From positions 28,954,001-29,018,000 of the forward strand of contig NC_043018.1 in NCBI RefSeq assembly GCF_006345805.1: a stretch of DNA of 64,000 nucleotides, written 5' to 3'. Under the pieces are notes generated by a model that was not told the DNA's origin, made no database searches, and was given only the letters and a program-made list of their open reading frames with translations. Below are positions 55,445 through 64,000 of this stretch, one piece after another (position 1 is the stretch's first letter; every line of letters starts with the position of its first letter). Position numbers and translations under genes: made by a program. This DNA comes from Octopus sinensis (taxonomy: Eukaryota).

Positions 55445-55986
55445 TATATGCATGTATATGTGTGTGTATGTATATATATGTGCGAGTGTGTATACATATA
55501 TGTATGTGTATGTATATGTGTATATATATATGTATATATATGTATGGGTTTGTATGTGTATGTATGTATATATATGTGTATATGGGTGTGTGTGTATATA
55601 TGTATATATATATATATATGTATGTATATATATATATATATATAATATATATATTATATACATATATATGGATATGTGAGCGTGTGTGTATGGGGGTGTA
55701 TATCCCCTCTTATTTATATATTTATATATTTATATATATATGTGTGTAGACCTATATAAGTGTATGTATGAGTATGGGTATGGGCGTGTACGTAGATACG
55801 TGTATATGGGTACATATGTACAGGTGTATATGGGTGTATGTGTGTATGTGTACGTATGTGTATGTGTATATATGTATATGTCTATGTATGCATATATGTG
55901 TGTATATGTATGTATGTATATGTACACATATGTGTATATATGTGTGTGTATATGGGCATGTGTGTGCATATGTGTATGTATGTGTG

Positions 55987-56025
<39 letters not shown>

Positions 56026-56070
56026 GAATATGTGGGTGTATACACATATATATATATGTATATGTATAAG
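55445..56070. repeat. Degenerate (TA)/(TG) compound microsatellite
   Basis: Direct reading. Confidence 0.92.
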
Positions 56071-56290
56071 TGAGAGTCTCCTTATTTACCTAAAACTCTA
56101 TTTTTCTATTTATTCTTTTATTCTTTTATTTATTCTTTTATTTATTCTTTTATCTACTTTACCACCGATTCCTTTGACCACTCCCCTAAGGAATGATAGT
56201 TTTGCGCCATGCCTACCCCCAAAAAGTCCCCCACCACCACCCCTTTAAACCTGCCTAAATGTATAAATGCCAAAACAACTCTTGTCAACT

Positions 56291-56341
56291 AGCTTCCTGA
56301 TGATTTCTTTTGAATGAAACAGTTCTAGTCCTGTAGAAGCT
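56291..56341 (+). ncRNA. Type I hammerhead ribozyme with full stem III
   Basis: Stem I agcttc/gaagct; CTGATGA; stem II (t)ttc-tttt-gaa(t); GAAA; stem III ACAG-ttctagtc-CTGT; GUA cleavage triplet. Confidence 0.8.
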
Positions 56342-56421
56342 CCTTCTATATAATAAATTAATTTACTCTGCTATGTATTGAGTACCTTATTTACTGTGGT
56401 TAACCCCGACTCAACCTGGGA

Positions 56422-56463
<42 letters not shown>

Positions 56464-56633
56464 AATTGAGATAGGGGTTGTAAATGCAACCCTCCATTGG
56501 ATAACATATATCCAATATACTGCTAGTGAAGTACCCAACAAAGTTAATACATAAATGTTAAGGATTGCGATGCAATCAATTCATTTACTGTATTATATGG
56601 GCAAAGGTAAAATGATTTACCACAAATTACTAA

Positions 56634-56793
56634 TACAAGATAAGAAAATGGAGAAATACAACTAAATCAAATATTAATTACCAGATAATACCTTATTAAA
56701 CCACCACGTGGTGGTTTAATAAAGTATGTGATTGAGTATTATCTGGTAATTGATATTTGATTTAGATGTATTTCTCCATTTTCTTATCTTGTA
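56634..56793. repeat. Nested inverted repeat (58-bp arms around a ~30-bp central palindrome)
   Basis: 56634-56691 mirrors 56736-56793; the centre reads ttattaaaccaccacgtggtggtttaataa. Confidence 0.9.
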
Positions 56794-56935
56794 TATATAT
56801 ATATATATATATATATAACTAACATTAAATGTAGAAACCGATACTTGATGTAAAGTCAAATATGTGTGTATGAATGTGTGTGCGAGTGTGTGTATAAATT
56901 ATATACAATATATTCCGTAAACACATAAACACACA

Positions 56936-56980
<45 letters not shown>

Positions 56981-57464
56981 TCACGCTGTTAAAATATAAC
57001 CTGTGAATAAATTACAGGAATTTACGTTGTTGAGAATAAAGATCATGCGACTGGTTTTGTTTTTCGAAAGACTTCACATCCGCTCACATCCGTACTTCCC
57101 GGAGTACAAAGAATATCGCTTCTTATGAAGAACGTAAACAATCTATAATTGGTGTAAAGTCGTTTACAAAGTGATAAATTTCATTATGGAATTGTGATTG
57201 TATGAGTTAGAATTTGTTATTTATTTGTTGCGAATGAGTGGCACTGTGGTTAAGAAAAGTGATTGGGTTCAGTCGCACTGGTTGTCCTCTCGGGGGAAAA
57301 TGTCTTCTACTATAGTCTCAGCCTAACTAATACCTTGTGAGGGTATTTGGTAGTTTGGTAGATGGAAGCTGTGCGGAAGCACTTCAAGTACACACACACA
57401 CATACGCGCACACACGCACGAACACACACACACACACATACACAAACACATACACACACATACT

Positions 57465-57617
57465 TCTTTCAGTTTCCGTCTACCAAATCCACTCACAAGG
57501 CTTTAGTCGGACCGAGGCTATCGTAGGAGACACTTGCCCAAGGTGCCACGCAGTGGGACTGAACCCGGAACCATGTGGTTGGTAAGCAAGCTACTTACAA
57601 CACAGCCACTCCTGCGC
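57465..57617 (-). mobile_element. SINE family B, 5' part
   Basis: Head matches family B. Confidence 0.82.
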
Positions 57618-57664
57618 CTACTACTACTACTACTACTACTGCTGCTGCTGCTATCGTTATTATT

Positions 57665-57763
<99 letters not shown>

Positions 57764-57780
57764 TGTTGTTGTTGTAGTAT
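57618..57780. repeat. Compound trinucleotide microsatellite CTA/CTG/TAT/CAT/TAT/TAG/TTG
   Basis: Direct reading. Confidence 0.95.
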
Positions 57781-58129
57781 GAAAAAATAAATCGTATGGT
57801 ATGCACCTAGTAAGCCACGTTCGCATCTTGACAAACGGATAATCCTCAACCAGTTATCCTACCTATGAGGAATCGATACTAGATGGGTGAAAACAACTGT
57901 AGTGATCGAAAGAGGCTATACGCAATATGAAGCCAAATAGTAAATATTCAGTTGTGTCTAAGGGTGCAGGGTAACACCTATATTGCTAGAAATAAGAGTC
58001 AAAGACCCTTAGAGCCGCAAAGGATCTTATGTGTATGCACTGAGTGGGCAGATAACCGCCGCACAGCGAGTGAGATCACCATACTAACCTAATTTTGGTT
58101 CTGTAGTGATGCTATTTTGGAAGTTTTCA

Positions 58130-58194
58130 GCGCGCATGCGCAGAGTTGGATTGCGTCCTGTAGGCCGCCGGAAGTTCCCACATGCGCATGCGCA
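58130..58194. promoter_or_regulatory. Candidate promoter motif cluster: 2x NRF1-type GCGCATGCGC and 1x ETS-type CCGGAAGT
   Basis: GCGCATGCGC at 58132-58141, CCGGAAGT at 58168-58175 and TGCGCATGCGCA at 58183-58194, in a CpG-rich patch. Confidence 0.4.
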
Positions 58195-60704
58195 GAGAAC
58201 TGCCAACTGAAAGTTTTCCCGCTAGATCTGTCTTTTAGAAGCTGCAGCCGAATCGAGTGGACACGTCTCAACCTTCTCTCAAAGAAAACCCCACACGTAG
58301 AGAAGCCCCCTTCTACGCGGAAACGGAGACAGCATTTTGGCTCACACAATTTAACTATTGTGAATAGTTTTATGGCCTTGGCTACCGGTTGGCCCTGAAG
58401 AAAATATATGTGTATATATTTTTATTTGTGAATCCAGACAAAAATAAAAATATTATTTATTGCTGTTGAAGATAGTCGAAGTTTTGGTTTTCCTTTCGAC
58501 ACAATTGAATGTAACAGAATAAGACCGACACCCCTCAAGTGTTCCAGAGACCTTCATCCTTGTTGCGTCTCCTTAATAGTGACCACTCCATTGCTGGATG
58601 GTTTGGCTGAATTCTACATGTCATTATATAGTATTTACGACATGAATCAATTGATAATTCGGCAAAATAATGTGAAAATTATAAAATAATGAAGAGGTTA
58701 TAAGCAATACAGAATCAAAAGGAAAATTTTAAAATGTCACCAATTGTGACTGAGGGCGCAGAGCAACACCTACGTTGATAGCAATAAGAATCAAATACAC
58801 ATGTGCGTGTGGATATATAAATATATGGTCACGTGTCTGTGTTTGTCTTCTATTCCCATCACTTGACAACCGGTGTTCGTCTGTTTACGCGCTTGTAAAG
58901 CTCAGTGCTCGGCAATGGAGAACAATATATCAGGCACGACACTGCAACGCATTCGTAAGTACTGGTTTCGATTTGTTTGACTAAAACCCTTCAAGCATTC
59001 TAGTTCTTTATTTTATGAACGATACTGTACGAAACGTCAAGCACATTCCAAATTTTTAAGCTTTAAACTAATGCAACATTTGTTAAAACGTATTCCATAC
59101 AAGTCTTTTATTTGCGTTCATTGCCTAATAGTAATGTATACTTCTTTGGAGATCCGTGCTATTTTCAAAGGAAGAAGAAAATAGCTGTTAATTAGTAAAA
59201 GACACAAGAACACAATGAGTGCATTTCCAAAGAATCGAAACCGCGTTAAATTCAATTTAGTGAATCAGTGAAATCTTCAAACAGAGAAGAAACATTAGAA
59301 GGAAAGATTTGTTGCTTTAAAATTTAGAACTGACGATGTGTTAATTTGGTGTTTTGTTTAGTGTTACCGATTTAACCTTAGTGAAAATTAAGATGTTCAC
59401 AGCTACTGTGAGGTGAAATAAATCTCCTACACAACAGTGCAACAGAATGATTGCCGTAATAATTCTAAGAGTTTCATTTACAATAAAGAATGATTGAAAT
59501 GAGTGGCTAAGTACTTCAATACTTCATTGATCTTTATTTGAAACAATTCGCTTTAAAGTTGAATGAGGAAGACAAAGCATATTGGTCTTTATGACTTAAT
59601 GGGAAAGTGTTTATTACAAAGTGATACCGCTGAGAATTGCGAAGAATTTCCAATTGCAAACATGCTTAAGAATTCATACCGCCCTCATTAACAGACCCAC
59701 CACCACTTTTACCATAACAATTATTTAATCATCTCTTCAATATCAACAAGATTAGTGAAATCACGAGATTATATTTCCAGTCTTATCTTCTGTAATTACA
59801 GATGGGTTAGTAGTTATCGTTAAGTATCTCTTCGATTTGTTAAATGCGTATTGATTACTTAAATTACATTGGCACAGTTCTCCAAAAGAGAAACAGCAAG
59901 GGATAATAATTTAATTTGATATTCCACGTTGTTGTCATCGACGCCATCACTCACCGTAGCCACCACCACTACTGCCGTCGCCGCCGCAACCAGCAATGCC
60001 ACCTCCGCCGCCGCCGCCGCCGCCAACCTCACCGCCGTCACGATAACTACGTCTCGGCCAACAAGATCAGCGCTACCAGCTCTGCCAGCATCATACACAG
60101 AAACGAATCCCACCTACGTGATCTGACAAGAGAACCTGTAATACATAAATAATTATCAAGGCAGCAACTTAATCTACCTCATATCTTACCTTGTTGTCTT
60201 GAAAATGAAGGGACACGTAAGATATTGTAGGCCAACACACAGCATGACTGAAAACATGTCGGGATGGCTACATCTGGAAAAAAAAACACGGTGTAATGGG
60301 CCTGCTGTATAAGGGTTCCCTTGATATTAAACAGCATCAAGAATAACTTAATGAAATACTTCCAGTAGCAAAACAGAGCAACGAAGCCTTATGCTCACAG
60401 AACAGATCACAATTCTATAAAATATGACAGCCGCAATGCCAGACATAGGCAACCAGCAACCGGCAGACTTCCTAAATGCGATATCTAACAAACAATTACC
60501 TTCAATACTTTTAGTTGTGCAGCTCGCCTGGTGGTTAGCCATGTCTCACGGGGCCCATTTCTCGAAAAATGCTACCCATACCTGCTCTAAGACGTCGCTT
60601 GTCCTGCTAGAATTACTCGTCAAATCTCCATCAGATTAGGCATTACTCTCTCAGAGACAAGTGAAGTCATATTGCATTGCATTTTCTTTCTTTCTTCTTT
60701 CCAC

Positions 60705-61003
60705 CCTTTTCAAGCCTAGCCAGGCTCATGGGCCCGGTTTCCCGGTTTCTGTGGCGTATGTGTTCCCCCCAGCTGGACGGGATGCCAGTCAATCGCAGAG
60801 TTACTCAAGAAACAGGAAGAAGGAGTGAGAGGAAGTTGGGGCGAAAGAGTACAACAGGGGTCGTCACTACCCCCTGCCGGAGCATCGTGGAGCTTTAGGT
60901 GTTTTTGCTCAATAAACAGGCACAACGCCCGGTCTGGGTATCGAAACCACGATCCTCCGATCGCGAGTCCGCTGTCCTAGCCACTGGGTCATTGCACCTC
61001 CAC
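60705..61003 (-). mobile_element. SINE family C variant with likely TSD (cattgcat)
   Basis: Family C head; 3' half like 13090-13389; cattgcat occurs on both sides. Confidence 0.8.
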
Positions 61004-62106
61004 ATTTCATTGCATAGCTTTGTATATATAAACAATCGTGGTTGGAACAACTTTGTTCGTTGCTTTGCTCAGTTGATGAACCGTGTCTCACGCGGCCCAG
61101 TTCTTGAAAAATGTTACCAATATCTGCTCTATACCATGTCTTGTCCGGCTAGAATTACTAGCTAAATATCCTTCAGTTCATTCTTTACTCTCAGAAAAAC
61201 TAAAGTCGTATTGCATAACGTAGTTTTGTATATTTAATTATAATCGTGGTTGGAACATCTTTCTTCGTTGCTTTGCTCAGTGATACGGATAAAGAAGATA
61301 TAAAATGTTGTACATCAGCATAAACAGAAAATTCAATTCACGAGAAGCCTTCTCCAACACAATAGTTTTTGCAGCCGCCATTGCAAACTAAATATTTCGT
61401 AGCTTTACAATGACAACTGACAGAAAACTGATAACTGAGAGTCTACTAATATTACAGCCTATCGTCATCACAGCCACTCTGTTTAGTAATGATTGTTCAA
61501 CACAGTGCAAGTTATATTTAACAAAAACACATCGTATCGTAAAGCACACTGCCGGTTAAATGAAGAGAAAATAAACAAAACTAATTTTGACTTCCAGACG
61601 TTGTATGGATATTTCTGCTATCTAGTTTCTAGGTAATAGACCAATGAAGATATCACAGATCATGTAGCATACAAGTAATCTTCTCTTTTCCATCAACAAG
61701 CACGACAGGAAAAAGATGACTGTGTCCTAGATACTTGTGTTAAACCATTTGCATAAGAATTAAAACTTTACAGGCTGACAGCGAAAGGAGAGGACACTGA
61801 TTGTATGCCGTTCAAGATATTCATTTAAACTGAATTCTTTTCTCGAGACTGAAGTTTCAAACTTCTGTATACTTCAGATGCGAACTGCATTTTGTCTTTT
61901 GACATCTGGGGCAGTTTTATGCACATTGTGGTGAGTTTCTGCCTTTCGTTTCCAGTGAAAATTTTCTCATGATATTTTATTAGCCTTAGCCTATGGTTGT
62001 TATCGTTTCATCTCCCACTCTTTGGTCGTTGTTCCGTTGTCTAATGATCGGCTACAGAAGAACAAAAAGAAAACAACAACAAAAAACAAAAAAAAAAAAA
62101 TAAGTA

Positions 62107-62488
62107 TCTCTCTATATATAAACGGCAGTTTGTCTGTGCGTGTTTCTGTGTGTCTGTTTGCTTGTACCATCACCTTGACCACGGCTTTCAACTGATTCTG
62201 ATGAAACTTGACACACACATAGCCCAATGTCATAATTCAAAACTAACGCAGCGAAAATTTTGAAAAGTTCCCCCAGTTCTGAAAAATCGATAAATTCGAC
62301 ATGGGGTCGAGAATCAGAAACACAAACCGCAAACTGTCTAGGGGACGCAACTCCACCTTTTTTAAGTAAAAAAAAAATTTACCATCATTTTTTTCCAATT
62401 TTTTGGCTATTTTTTGGCTATAACTCTCTAAAAATGCTTTATAGTTATTTCCCTTACAAACCTGAGCAACGCCGGGCGATACTGCTAG
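62107..62488 (+). mobile_element. Non-autonomous Helitron, second subfamily (different 5' half, same 3' end)
   Basis: a|TCtctctatatataaacggcag...cctgagcaacgccgggcgatactgCTAG|t. Confidence 0.8.
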
Positions 62489-63317
62489 TCAATGATAAAC
62501 ATAAACGCAAGGCTGCGAACTGGCAGAATTGTTAGCACGCCGGCACTTCGTGCATCTTTATGCCGTAGGTTCAAATTCCGCTATCGTCATCTTTGTCTTT
62601 CAGCCTTTCAGGGTTGATAAAATAAGTACCATTTCAACACCGGGAACGAAGCAATCGACTTATCCCTTCCCCGAAACTGCAGACCTTGTGCCAAAATTTG
62701 AAATGAATAATATACATAAATGATAATAAAAATCATACGTGTTATCAGCCAATACACTCAAGTTTTCACCGTCCACTGAACTATTAATCGTTGCACTTCA
62801 ATAGTTCCATGAGATATAAAGAGATTTTAGAAATTGCTAACAAGATGACAGTTTCTACCCGAATAAAGCCAGTTAATGGTAACATTCACATTGTATACAT
62901 TTTATACATCTGATTGGTTTTTGTGATTTCGCGTCAGTTTTTTGTTCATGTTTTCGCATAGTTATTACCAAATATGAGAACATACTACAAAAGGAGTTAT
63001 ATACATCAAATTATTCTGGTGAATTCCGGCGTGAATAAATTAGTAAAAAAACAAAACTAAAAGCTTGTACGTACAAGCACAAGTAGTATGTACTTACCTC
63101 ACTCTCTTTTTATGTATATATATATATACAGGTGTGTGAGTGTGGAAGGGGTTGTGTGTTAGTATGTATGCATGCATAGATCATTGACAACAATTCGGCC
63201 CAAAACCCAGATTTACTCTTCAGCTTTAAAGTCTAAGAAATACCGATTATCTCACGACACACCTGGAATCTCACCAAAACCTCACCTACACCAGTGCAGC
63301 TATTAAACTCACACACA

Positions 63318-63369
<52 letters not shown>

Positions 63370-63784
63370 ACACACATATATATATATATATACACATTCA
63401 CACTCACACATCCACACAGGTAAACAGCCAAGAAAGACATATACAATATATGGTCAGTAAATACTAGAACCTCGAGCAGTTAATTGATCTGGAGTCATGT
63501 CCTATATTAAAATATTTTAAGAACATATTAAGGATGTCATTACAAACATACATGCGCACGCGCAGACTCACACACGCACGTACACAAGCGCCATTGCCCA
63601 TTGCCTCTGAGAGGAATCGTTTTTCTACCAGACACTTCTAGCACAATTTTTGCCAGTTCTTTCATCTTTCTGTATTATTTTATGAAAATCCTGGAGCAAA
63701 ACCATACGATACAATTTTATTAAGTTTTAAAACTATAGACGTGTGTGTGTATATATAAACCGGTACATATTCACACGTGCATCT

Positions 63785-64000
63785 GCATTAGCCACTACAC
63801 ACATTTATTCTCTCCTTTTTTCTCTCCTTTTTTCTCTCCTCTTTTTTCTCCCCATTTCTTCTCTCCTTGTTTCTCTCCTTGTTTTTTTTTCTGTGTCCCT
63901 TTCTGTAGAAGAGCGTAGGCTCGAAACGTAAAATACTTTTTCTATTCCTGAGCGTTATACTAATACATCTGTATGTTTTGTACACCACCTGTCTTCGTCT
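63785..64000 (+). repeat. Repeat family D copy (runs off window end)
   Basis: Matches 22095-22290. Confidence 0.8.

Overview
AT-rich, microsatellite-dense eukaryotic DNA made almost entirely of repeats. The SINE families and simple-repeat load look like an Octopus genome (inference from recalled repeat families, no database search). I found no convincing host-gene exon. The window holds three tRNA-headed SINE families, four non-autonomous Helitrons, and several Tc1/mariner relics. It also has LINE fragments (CR1, RTE, R4/Dong-like, L1/Tx1) and many Penelope-like element (PLE) pieces. The main unexplained signal is a set of hammerhead ribozyme (HHR) motifs folded by eye. (1) A ~2.1 kb element at 19921-22023 has an uninterrupted GIY-YIG endonuclease frame and no RT. 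It lies between 657-bp, ~99% identical inverted repeats, each carrying a minimal hammerhead. (2) A ~540-bp tandem array at 31971-33737 has one hammerhead-like motif per unit (retrozyme-like), with a diverged monomer at ~9070-9530. (3) Further HHRs lie at 11792, 22381, 24748 and 56291. Two Tx1-like LINE pieces sit in (TCTA)n, and there is a compact NRF1/ETS motif cluster near 58.1 kb. Repeat boundaries are approximate unless termini are quoted.
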